Shown here one piece after another: positions 1 to 9,500 of a stretch of DNA of 32,000 bases. The notes below the pieces were generated by a model. That model searched no databases. It saw only the letters and a list, made by a program, of their open reading frames with translations, and had not been told where the DNA came from. This DNA comes from Promethearchaeota archaeon (GTDB lineage: Archaea > Asgardarchaeota > Hermodarchaeia > Hermodarchaeales > Hermodarchaeaceae). Every line of letters begins with the position of its first letter. Positions within the stretch are counted from its first letter, which is position 1. The DNA lies in NCBI GenBank assembly GCA_048938295.1, contig JBHLMI010000006.1, positions 60,001 to 92,000 on the forward strand, in the 5' to 3' direction. Both the position numbers and the translations under genes were made by a program.

Positions 1-15
1 CGCGAGGAACCAGCC

Positions 16-1434
16 ATGAATAAAGAAGCAGTTTTTTCATACATCGACAAGCATATCGATGACCATATTGTGAAGGTTCAAGAGCTGATCAAACACCCTT
101 CCATTTCTCCGCAGGATATCGGCGTCCGTGATTGTGCCAATCTAGTTTGTGGATACTTCAAAGACCTAGGATGTCAACGCGCTGAGTTGGTCGAAACCAA
201 AGGAAACCCAGTAGTTGTTGGTGAGTTAGATGTCGGAGCCAAGAAGACAGTCTTAGCGTACATGATGTATGATACCCAACCGATTGATGATCCAGGTTGG
301 TCTGTTCCACCTCTTGAAGCTAGGTTAGTGGATACGAAGCCTTTTGGCCGAGTTCTGATGGCACGGGGATCCTATAACAGTAAGGGACCACTTCGGGGCT
401 TCTTGAATGCCTGTGAAGCCATCCAAGGTGCCGGTGAACAGCTACCCATAAATCTCATTTTTGTCGCGGAAGGAGAAGAAGAACTAGGAAGCCGAAACTT
501 TCCTGAGTTCTTAAAAAAAGAAGAAAAAACCGTCAAAAAAGCTGATTACGTGTTCTTCCCTTTTCTTACGCAGGATATGAAAGGCAAAGTTGTGAATTAT
601 CTAGGCTGCAAGGGCATTGTCTATTTTGAACTCGAGTTAAATGGGAAAAATTGGGGGTATGGTCCCACAGAATTCGACATTCATGGTGGCACCAAATCCA
701 TCGTGGACAACCCAGCTTGGCGGTTCATTCAAGCCCTTTCATCCATGACCACACCAGATGGCAACCGGGTGTTAATCGAAGGTTTCTACGATGACGTAGA
801 ACCTGTCTCAAAAGAAGATGGAGAGCTTGTGGATAAACTTGCAGAAAGCTGGAACGAAGACACGTTCAAAGCGCCTGTAAAGATTGAACGGTTTATCAAT
901 GATGAACATGGCCGCGAGGTGCTGTTGAAATACATGTTTGGACCTACGCTGAACATCAATGGCATTTGGTCTGGATATACGGCTCCGGGTACTAAGACAG
1001 TTGTCCCCTGGAAAGCCACCGCTAAAATCGATGTTCGCCTCGTACCCAACATGCAGGTAATAGATGTCCTTCCAATGATACGTCACCACCTCGACACCCA
1101 AGGATTTCCAGAGGTCCGCATCGTTGAGCTCAAGTCCGGTTATGGATGGGCAAAACTTAGCATCAGCCACCCACTTGTCCAGGCGGTTTTAGCGATGTAC
1201 CAAGAATTCGGCTATGATATCGAGAACTGGCCCATGCTTTCAGGAAGCGCTCCATTTTCTCTTTTTGCCCAAACACCGTTTAATCTACCTTTCGTTATTG
1301 GAGGATTAGGACATGGAACACGAGCCCATGCCCCAGACGAATACATTGTCATCGATGAGGGTGGACCAACCGGTGGATTGGCAACGATGGAGAAATCCTT
1401 TGTTGACCTACTAGGACGTATCAGCAGAATCTGA
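16..1434 (+). CDS. M20/M25/M40 family metallopeptidase (dipeptidase / ArgE-DapE-like)
   Basis: 472 aa; VVVGEL..KTVLAYMMYDTQP, ARG, EGEEELGS, LGCKGIVYFEL, PTLNINGIWSGY, KIDVRLVPN, HAPDE motifs typical of M20 dipeptidase-like enzymes. Confidence 0.9.
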   Translation: MNKEAVFSYIDKHIDDHIVKVQELIKHPSISPQDIGVRDCANLVCGYFKDLGCQRAELVETKGNPVVVGELDVGAKKTVLAYMMYDTQPIDDPGWSVPPLEARLVDTKPFGRVLMARGSYNSKGPLRGFLNACEAIQGAGEQLPINLIFVAEGEEELGSRNFPEFLKKEEKTVKKADYVFFPFLTQDMKGKVVNYLGCKGIVYFELELNGKNWGYGPTEFDIHGGTKSIVDNPAWRFIQALSSMTTPDGNRVLIEGFYDDVEPVSKEDGELVDKLAESWNEDTFKAPVKIERFINDEHGREVLLKYMFGPTLNINGIWSGYTAPGTKTVVPWKATAKIDVRLVPNMQVIDVLPMIRHHLDTQGFPEVRIVELKSGYGWAKLSISHPLVQAVLAMYQEFGYDIENWPMLSGSAPFSLFAQTPFNLPFVIGGLGHGTRAHAPDEYIVIDEGGPTGGLATMEKSFVDLLGRISRI

Positions 1435-1452
1435 GAATATCAAGAAAATGAT

Positions 1453-2373
1453 TCATTCGGTAGTGTCTCTGTCCCAGTAGGCAGCAGTCACCCAGCGACT
1501 AGCGAACTGGTCAGCATCAATGGGATACGTATAGTGTAACTTTTGTGCAACTTCTCTGGAAATCCAACGAAAGAGCTGCATTGTGTTGGCCAGTGCCTGC
1601 CAGACATCCTCCTCGTCATAATGGGCAAATGCACCACGAAGATCAGCAATGATTCTAGGATTCGCCCATCTTTCAATGAACCGACCGCGGAACCAGGTGT
1701 CATGCTCTCTTCCTTGAGTGAGATGTGCATGCCATTCCATTAGGGGCAATAGGCAACGCCCCTTCATATAGGAATCAATACAAGCTTTGCCTTCCCACAA
1801 TTCACCTCGTCGAAGCTTCTTGGCTGCCCATACCGTGTGATACCAGAAATCATTCACCCGTTCAAGATATTCCTGTTCGGTGGGAGGGCTAGGTGGAGGT
1901 AGCTTATATTTTTTGAACTCAGTGATGAATTTGTCCATGATCTTGTCTTTGTCAATGAGTACACGGATACCACGCCCAATAATATTCGCTAGCTCCCGAG
2001 CCAATTCGGGTGTCATGCCGTGCTTATTGGTATCTTGGATGTATTGGATTGGGTCAACCGCAAAATCAACGTCTAATCCATTATCATAGAGTACTCGACG
2101 TTCATCTCCTTCCCCGTCTGCGGTGGGTTCAATGAAGGTGATCACCGGATTACCGAATTCACCGACCCATTCCGCGGAATCAATGAGAATATTATGATTC
2201 GTTGAAAAAATGATGATATCCAGGTCAGACCATTTATCAGCTGGAACACCAGTGCGTGCCTGTGAGCCCACTACCATGGCGGCCCTGATGTGATCTTGCG
2301 TCTTTGCCCATTTAACGAATTGCTTTTCGACCTGTTTGTAAAATTTAGCGGCTTCTTTCTTATCTAAGATCAT
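1453..2373 (-). CDS. Aminoglycoside 6-adenylyltransferase (AadK/ANT(6))-like nucleotidyltransferase
   Basis: Pol-beta NTase signature VVGSQAR...DKWSDLDIII, RRVLYDNGLDVDF, then helical domain VNDFWYHTVWAAKKLRRGELW and W..GRFIERWA; 4-nt ATGA overlap with upstream gene. Confidence 0.85.
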   Translation of the reverse strand: MILDKKEAAKFYKQVEKQFVKWAKTQDHIRAAMVVGSQARTGVPADKWSDLDIIIFSTNHNILIDSAEWVGEFGNPVITFIEPTADGEGDERRVLYDNGLDVDFAVDPIQYIQDTNKHGMTPELARELANIIGRGIRVLIDKDKIMDKFITEFKKYKLPPPSPPTEQEYLERVNDFWYHTVWAAKKLRRGELWEGKACIDSYMKGRCLLPLMEWHAHLTQGREHDTWFRGRFIERWANPRIIADLRGAFAHYDEEDVWQALANTMQLFRWISREVAQKLHYTYPIDADQFASRWVTAAYWDRDTTE

Positions 2374-3524
2374 TTCATCACCTTCACTTCAGGAGCTACA
2401 TCGAAGAATTCCCCTAACCGTTGTGCTTCAGCTTCTAAGTCCTCGAGCTGCGATTTTGTCAGTGTTTCGAACGGTTCTACTGTGACGGTGACTTTTGTTG
2501 ATGTACGTGTCTGTTTCCAGATTCCGATGGCCTCTCCATCCTGGAGTAGGACGGGGGAAATCCATGCGGCTTTTTTAAACACTCGTTTGTAATGGGCTTC
2601 AGCAACGATATGTTTTTTGTCTTTGTGCCCAAGTAAGAATGAATCGAAATGAGGGAGAAGTCGAAGTGGTCGAGATTTTAACTGAATATTCAGCAGTGCA
2701 TCAAGATCCTTCTTTAGAATCCAAACTGGCTTCTCATTAAGAGTTAATTTGACAAAATGTGTGCTGTTTCGCTCCCAAATTGGCTTCACTGTTGCCATTT
2801 TGAGATCAGACCACGCCGAGAAATCCTGGGGGGTTGCTGGTCCATAGCATTGCAGGTATTGTGACAGCACCGTGTCTTCTGCTACCTCTTTACGAATCGA
2901 TGACTGTTTCGGGAGCCATTGATTAGTCAGGACGAGTGTGGCTTTTCCTTCCAAATCGGGACCAAAACAAACCTTTCCCTCATACGCCAAGAGTTTGGTT
3001 ACAATGTAGTAACCCGTATCAACCCATGGACGGGCTTCAGAACCGACTTCCTCTTCCACAACATTGGCCACTTCTTCTCGGGTTGCAGGTCCACCTTTTA
3101 AGGCTTTTTCGACAGCAGCTAGTATGGCTTCGAAGTCATGTTGAGAGCGATTAAATTTGGCTACTTCTCCGAATTCCCGTATCCCCCGTTTCGCTAGCCA
3201 TTCTTTATGCCTTGGTATCCGTGGTTCAATTATCGCTTTTAAAAAGACTTGAAACTGGGAGGTGGGATGGTAATGTGCTGTGCCTCGCATCGACCAGGTT
3301 CGTAAAAGTGTTTTAGCTGTCCAGAGATTAGCGGTAATATCTTCATGTTGGAGATCCTGAATGCGTACCCAAAGTTGAAGGTTGGCCGCAGCAGGCATTT
3401 GCGCCTGAATACCACACACTCGCTCTACGACAGTCACTATGTCTTTTTTTAATGCCCGTTTGGTCAAATAGTGCCTATCCATTCTGAACCGATTCACTTG
3501 TCCTTGATTAATTTCCAAAGTCAT
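2370..3524 (-). CDS. AlkZ/YcaQ-family (HTH_42) winged-helix DNA glycosylase, AlkZ-like (QxQ motif)
   Basis: CGIQAQ catalytic motif, LLRTWSMRGTAH, YLQCYGPATPQDFSAWS, LRLLPHFDSFLLGHKD, GWISP-like AWISPVLL..GEAIGIWK. Confidence 0.88.
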   Translation of the reverse strand: MTLEINQGQVNRFRMDRHYLTKRALKKDIVTVVERVCGIQAQMPAAANLQLWVRIQDLQHEDITANLWTAKTLLRTWSMRGTAHYHPTSQFQVFLKAIIEPRIPRHKEWLAKRGIREFGEVAKFNRSQHDFEAILAAVEKALKGGPATREEVANVVEEEVGSEARPWVDTGYYIVTKLLAYEGKVCFGPDLEGKATLVLTNQWLPKQSSIRKEVAEDTVLSQYLQCYGPATPQDFSAWSDLKMATVKPIWERNSTHFVKLTLNEKPVWILKKDLDALLNIQLKSRPLRLLPHFDSFLLGHKDKKHIVAEAHYKRVFKKAAWISPVLLQDGEAIGIWKQTRTSTKVTVTVEPFETLTKSQLEDLEAEAQRLGEFFDVAPEVKVMK

Positions 3525-3617
3525 GAATTCACCCTCTGCGAATAGTTAATTTATGCTGCTTTACACCAAAGAATAATCATACTAAATAGTTATAGAAATC
3601 ATAGAGTAGCGTGATTT

Positions 3618-4388
3618 ATGATGACCTCCTCACGGATTGCTTGTGTTCACTCGGAAACTACACGTGCCCTTCAAGCATATGAAGCGTTAAGTGCCCAAAT
3701 CAATTTTGTCCCCGTCGAAGAAGCGGAAGTGGTCGTAGCGCTAGGTGGTGATGGTTTTATGCTCCGCTGTTTCCACCAATTCGTGAACCAAGATGTGCAA
3801 GTATATGGGATGAATCGCGGAACCATTGGCTTTCTCATGAATAAATACCAAGAAGAAGGGCTTCGGGGACGCATTCTAGCTGCAAAAGAGGAGCGCATCT
3901 ATCCATTGAAGATGGTGGCTCAAACAACGGACGGTAAGACACATATTGCCATCGGATTTAACGAGGTCGCCATTATACGGCAAGCCCAGCAATCTGCCCA
4001 TATCCGCGTCTCCATTAATAACAAAATCCGTTTAGAAAACCTCATTTGTGATGGCATCCTAGTTGCCACCCCTGCAGGGAGTACAGCGTATAATCTCTCA
4101 GCCCGAGGTCCAATCATTCCAATTGGAGCTAATGTCTTGGCTTTGACACCCCTCAATCCTTTCCGACCACGTCGTTGGTTTGGCGCATTATTGCCTCAAA
4201 CCGCAATTGTAGATTTTGAGATCCTTGATCCAGAGAACCGACCGGTTTCTGTGTCCGCTGATTTTAATGATGTGAAATTTCCTATTAACATCAAGGTGCA
4301 GGAGGATCGGTCGCAATTTGTTAAAGTCTTATTCGACGAAGGACACTCCCTGGAAGAACGCATAATCCAAGAGCAATTCCTTCAATGA
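3618..4388 (+). CDS. ppnK: NAD(+) kinase
   Basis: VVALGGDGFML (GGDG), GMNRGTIGFL, GFNEV (NE), CDGILVATPAGSTAYNLSARGP. Confidence 0.95.
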   Translation: MMTSSRIACVHSETTRALQAYEALSAQINFVPVEEAEVVVALGGDGFMLRCFHQFVNQDVQVYGMNRGTIGFLMNKYQEEGLRGRILAAKEERIYPLKMVAQTTDGKTHIAIGFNEVAIIRQAQQSAHIRVSINNKIRLENLICDGILVATPAGSTAYNLSARGPIIPIGANVLALTPLNPFRPRRWFGALLPQTAIVDFEILDPENRPVSVSADFNDVKFPINIKVQEDRSQFVKVLFDEGHSLEERIIQEQFLQ

Positions 4389-4484
4389 AGTAGTTTGACC
4401 CTTGAGTCTTTTATCATAAGCACAAAAGCTAATTATCTAAACTCGGCAATACTGATGCCAATTCAGTGCAAGTGAGGCGTTCCT

Positions 4485-5897
4485 ATGGTAAAACGTGCAG
4501 GACCAATGGACATCTATCCTCTGCTTCCTCAGACAAATTGTGGAGAATGCGGCGAAGCGAATTGCATGGCCTTCGCAACGAAGGCGGCTGAATATACGCT
4601 AGGCATCAAAGCATGTGCTCCATTGTACCGGGAAAGGGAGTATGCAAAGAAACGCGAGAAACTCGAGGAACTCATGCGACCCCCAGTAAAAGAGGTTCAG
4701 GTTGGAACTGGAGAAAATAAAGTCTTGATTGGTGGAGAGCTTGTGCTCTACCGACACGATTTACGGTACATGCATCCAACAGCCTTCTTTGTCGATATAG
4801 CGGATACAGCGTCAGCCGAGGAATTGAAGAAGCGTGTTAAGGCAATCGAGGACTGGACCTATTTGTACATCGGGATGAACCTGCAATTGAACGGAATCGC
4901 GTTGCGATCAGTTTCTGGGGATTCGAAGAAGTTTGCGGAAGCGACAAAGCGTGTGGGCGAATTGACGAACTGGCCCATCATGTTGTGTTCCTTGAATCCC
5001 AAAGTCTTAGCTGCAGGAGCCGAATCCTTGCAAGGACGTCGCCCCCTTTTATATGCAGCCACCGTGGACACATGGCAAGAACTGGCTGATGTCGCCCTGA
5101 AGTATCAGTGCCCGCTAGTCGCGTATGCTCCTGGTGATTTATCTGAACTCAAATCCCTTGCTATGACTCTTGACCAGATGGGCATCGATGTTGTCCTAGA
5201 CCCGGGCAACGAGTTTGGGGCAGCGCTCGGTGCGACTGTTGATGATTTTAGTATGCTTCGGCGAGCTGCCACCCGCGAAGGAGACCAAGGTGTCGGGTTT
5301 CCACTACTAGCCTCCCCCATTTCAGTCTGGGGTGACCATAAAGAGGGGGAAGCCGAAGAGCTGGCGAAATGGCAAGAAGTCCTGGCAGGTGCCTCAATGA
5401 TTATCCGGTATGCAGACATCCTAGTTATGCACAGCCTGGATATGTGGGCTGAATTACCGCTTACTTTTCTTCGAACCAATCTCTATACAGACCCAGTGAA
5501 ACCTGTTGCCGTTGAACCTGGTCTCCGTGAATTTGGTTCACCTACTAAAGAGTCACCAGTCATGTACACATCGAATTTTGCCCTGACTTATTTCACGGTT
5601 GAAAGTGACATTAAACAGGCAGGGATTGACGCCTATTTAGTCGTGGTGGATACTGAGGGATTGAGCATCCAATCAGCTGTGGCGGGACGAAAACTCACTG
5701 CAGATATCATCGCTGAAGCGATCAAAGAATCTGGGGTGGAGGATAAAGTGGATCATCGCATCCTTATCAGCCCTGGGATGGCGGCCCGTCTTAGCGGTGA
5801 AACTGAAGAAGCGAGTAAGTGGACCGTCAAGGTGGGACCCAAAGACTCTAGCGGCATCGGTCAATATATTGGCGATGAAGTGTGGAAGAAAGAATAG
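4485..5897 (+). CDS. cdhE: Acetyl-CoA decarbonylase/synthase complex gamma subunit (corrinoid Fe-S protein large subunit)
   Basis: N-terminal [4Fe-4S] motif LLPQTNCGECGEANCMAFA...CAPL; IGGELVLYRHD; IYTDP-like LYTDPVKP; PVMYTSNFALTYFTVESD; DTEGLSIQSAVAGRK; VKVGPKDSSGI. Confidence 0.95.
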   Translation: MVKRAGPMDIYPLLPQTNCGECGEANCMAFATKAAEYTLGIKACAPLYREREYAKKREKLEELMRPPVKEVQVGTGENKVLIGGELVLYRHDLRYMHPTAFFVDIADTASAEELKKRVKAIEDWTYLYIGMNLQLNGIALRSVSGDSKKFAEATKRVGELTNWPIMLCSLNPKVLAAGAESLQGRRPLLYAATVDTWQELADVALKYQCPLVAYAPGDLSELKSLAMTLDQMGIDVVLDPGNEFGAALGATVDDFSMLRRAATREGDQGVGFPLLASPISVWGDHKEGEAEELAKWQEVLAGASMIIRYADILVMHSLDMWAELPLTFLRTNLYTDPVKPVAVEPGLREFGSPTKESPVMYTSNFALTYFTVESDIKQAGIDAYLVVVDTEGLSIQSAVAGRKLTADIIAEAIKESGVEDKVDHRILISPGMAARLSGETEEASKWTVKVGPKDSSGIGQYIGDEVWKKE

Positions 5898-5960
5898 CTA
5901 ACTATTCCTTCTACAGATAGAAACAGCATAATTGTCAACATTGATCCGCTAATGTGACAT

Positions 5961-6428
5961 TCATCTTCTTGCCGCTAGACTTTGCTCATAGATGTGGAGA
6001 AATTGCTCTTGACCAACAGTCTCAACCGAATTAGGTCGCTTTTCGCGGACATTGTAAATGGCTTCATCCGCACTCATTCCCTCACTAATAAGGTATGCAG
6101 CAAGAAATGTACCTGTTCTTCCCCAACCCATCCAGCAGTGTACAGCGACTGGTCGGTTTTTTGCTCGATTCTCATTGACAAGATCGACAAACCGATTGAT
6201 ATCTGTCAATGAAGGACTACCATATGGAAGTACGGGAAAATAGTGGTATTCGAGTCCTAGGTCTTTGACAAGTTCTTCGTCGAGGGTGTATTCCATGACG
6301 GTGACCAGAACTTGGATGCCTTCTGTGACAAGCCGTTCGAGCGCCTCTCGTCCGCGTGGAAAACTTGAGCCCGCCAAGACTCCGGGGATTATATAACTGA
6401 AGTTTAACATGAATTGAGGCCCCACCAT
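5961..6428 (-). CDS. Dual-specificity protein phosphatase family (CX5R)
   Basis: VAVHCWMGWGRTGTFLAAYL P-loop, AIYNVREKRPNSVET..QEQFL; 155 aa. Confidence 0.9.
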   Translation of the reverse strand: MVGPQFMLNFSYIIPGVLAGSSFPRGREALERLVTEGIQVLVTVMEYTLDEELVKDLGLEYHYFPVLPYGSPSLTDINRFVDLVNENRAKNRPVAVHCWMGWGRTGTFLAAYLISEGMSADEAIYNVREKRPNSVETVGQEQFLHIYEQSLAARR

Positions 6429-6524
6429 TGATTAGACTCTTGAAGGTTTCTGATACTATTACCTATAGTGGGGGATAAGGTGTCGAGTGGTTCTATTAAG
6501 GGTTCTAGTACAACGAACACGAGG

Positions 6525-9500
6525 TTAGAGCCGTTCATCCAATTCGCGAAGTTGTTCGAGCATTTTGAGTCGGTCTGTGATGTCCCGACAGATTCCCCTG
6601 AACCCAAGGAGTTCACCAGCTTCATTAAAGACTGGGCGTCCGCGAGCTTCAAGAACAACATCGGATTCATCCCTGTGGACCATCTGGATGACGATGGTTC
6701 GAATGGGCCGTCGTCGTTCTATGAGTTCAGCCCAGGTATTTTGTGCGCGTTTCACGTCTTCGGGATGTAAGAAATCACAGGGGGTTCGTCCCAGTACTTG
6801 CCCTGCAGAAAATCCGATGATATCTTCAACAGCATTGTTTGTATAGACAAACTTTCCTGAAATATCCATCTCCCAGACCCAATCTGAGAGGTCTTCAACC
6901 AGTGCTCGGAACCGTTCCTCAGATTCTAGCAAGGCAGCTTCAGCTTGTTTTCGTTCAGTGATATCCATGTATGCTGCTTGAACTGCAGGTTCACCCTCAT
7001 ATTCAATTCGATCAGCAAAAATCGCCACCCAAACAATTGAACCATCTTTTTTCACCATCCGGTATTCATACTGATTGGGAACCTCTTTACCCATCAACCT
7101 ATCCTCTGCCCGTTGAATAACTAGGTCACGGTCTGAGGGATGAATGAGTTCTTGGATTTTCTTGGGAGTCATCGCCAATAATGCTTCGATTGTATATCCC
7201 ATCATATCTGCGAATGCCTCATTGACAAAGAAGAAACGGAGAGGTGGACCTCGGGAGATTACTATCCCAAAGAGGGATTGTTCGACCAGGGTGCGGTATT
7301 TCTCTTCGGATTCTTTGATTGCCTGTTCAGCACGCATCCGTTCAGTGACATCTGAAAGGGTGACTTGGATTGCTGGCTTTCCCTGATATTCGATCATTTT
7401 CACCCAGATTTCTACCCATTGGATAGTTCCTTCAGGTGATATCACACGGATTGGATATCGGTCTGGTACCTTTTTTCCCGCAAAGCGATCCTGCAAGCGT
7501 TGTTGTATCCATTGAATATCATCAGGATGAATTCGAGCCCAAAATTCATTGGGAGGCATATCTAAGAGCTCTTCTCGAGTAATATCAACAACTTCTTTCA
7601 TTTGAGGATTAGCAAACACGATCCGATCGTCTTGAATGATGATAATGCCTTGAAGGGACTGGTCGACCAACGCTCGGTACTTGGCTTCGGATTCTTTCAC
7701 GGCATCCTCACTTAGTTTTCGATCTGTGATATCCTCGAGTGTGCCTTCATAATACTCGATGCCATCGTCCTTATTTCGAATTGCCCGGGCAGAAAGATTG
7801 ATCCAGATGGTTTCTCCATCTTCACGTTTAAATTCAGTTTGAATTCCTGTTACGACATCCTCGAGGGCCACAGCAGCTTCCCAATGCCGCCGTTCTTCTG
7901 GATCAAGATAAAAGCTCGAAGCCTTGCGTTTAAGAAGCGGTTCTTTACTATCGAAGCCTAACATTTCAAACAAGGCGGGATTGGCATCGAGAATGGTCCC
8001 ATCAGGGGTTGTTCTAAATAACCCAACTGGGATACTGTCGAAAAGGTGACGATATCGGGCTTCAGCTTCTTTGCGGTCGCTAATATCTCGAATTACACCG
8101 ATGAATGCCATTGGATTGCCATCAGCATCTTTAAGGAGTGAAGCATTGAGCTCAGCAGGATATGCTGTCCCATCTCGTTTCAGAAGGGTATATTCTAAGG
8201 TCCCTGAAGTGCCATCTCTTAAGGTTATTTGCATGTTTTCAATCGCTTTGGGAACATCTTCGTGGGAGATTAAGTCAAAAGCGTTAACACCAATCAGTTC
8301 CGCTTCCTTTTTCACTCCGTAGAGTTGGAGGGCTTGCTGGTTGACCATGATTACTTTGCCTTCTAAATCAGTGACCGTGATTGCATCTGGGGAGGTTTCA
8401 ATGAGTTTTCGGTATTTCTCTTCACTTTCTTTAAGCGCCTGTTCAGCCCGTTTCCTTTCGGTAATGTCTCGTGCTACACTCTGAATATGGAGGGGATTGC
8501 CTTCGGTATCGGTTACAAGTGAAGCATTAATCTCGACAGGAAATTCCTCTCCAGTTTTTTTTACAAAGATGCGTTCATAGATTGGAACAGGATCACCTGC
8601 AAGTAATGCCCGTAATACTCGTTTGCTATCTTCATATTCGCCTTTTGCCACTACTTTTTCAACAGGCATGCCAATGAGTTCACCTCGAGGATAGCCAAGA
8701 AGTTTAGTGGCACGTGGATTTGCATCAAGGTGTTTCATGTCGAGTGAGATAATGAAGATGGCATCACTTGTGTGTTCAAAGAGGGCACGATATCGTCTTT
8801 CTCGAATTTTGCGAGCTTGCTCAGCTTCTACTCGGTCGGTGATATCCTCTAAGGAGCCTTCATAGCTTTGGATGTTGCCTAGTTCATCCTCGAACGCCCG
8901 AAAGGTGTCATGGACCCAAATGAGTTTGCCATCCAATCGTTTGAATTGCACATCATGTCCAGTGACTATACCCTCTTTTCCAAGCAATTCCTCAAACCGC
9001 TGGCGTTCGTGTCGATCAACATAGAAATCAGAGGCGTTCATTTGTAATAGTGTTTCTTTGTCTTCTGCTCCAAGAAGCCTTACCAAGGCTGGGTTAGCAT
9101 CAATGATATTCCCTTCCACTGTAGTACGATATAATCCGATGGGTAAATCATCGAATAGTCCACGATACTTTACTTCCGATTCTTTTAATTTGGCTTCAGC
9201 CTTTTGGCGTTCAGTGATATCGAGAAATGTAGCTTGAATAGCCGGTTTTCCAGCGAACTCGCTAAGAGTGACATACATTTCAACCCAACGCTCCTCCCCA
9301 TCCTTTCTAATGCCTTTGAATTGATAATGAGAAGGAACCGGTTTTCCCTCGAGCCGATCTCGCATCCGCCCCCATACCCGTGCTTGATAGTCTGGGTGCA
9401 CACTTGCTTGGACTTGTTTGGGCGTCAATTCCAATAATTCATCAATTGTATATCCGCTTATTTCGGCAAAAGCTTGATTAGCAAAAACTACACGCATATT

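Noticed and set aside
6404-6846. Small ORFs near the PAS stop (6468..6770 +, 6565..6846 +, 6404..6670 -) as a possible frameshifted kinase domain
   Set aside because: No H-box or HATPase motifs in any frame; they are shadows of the PAS gene
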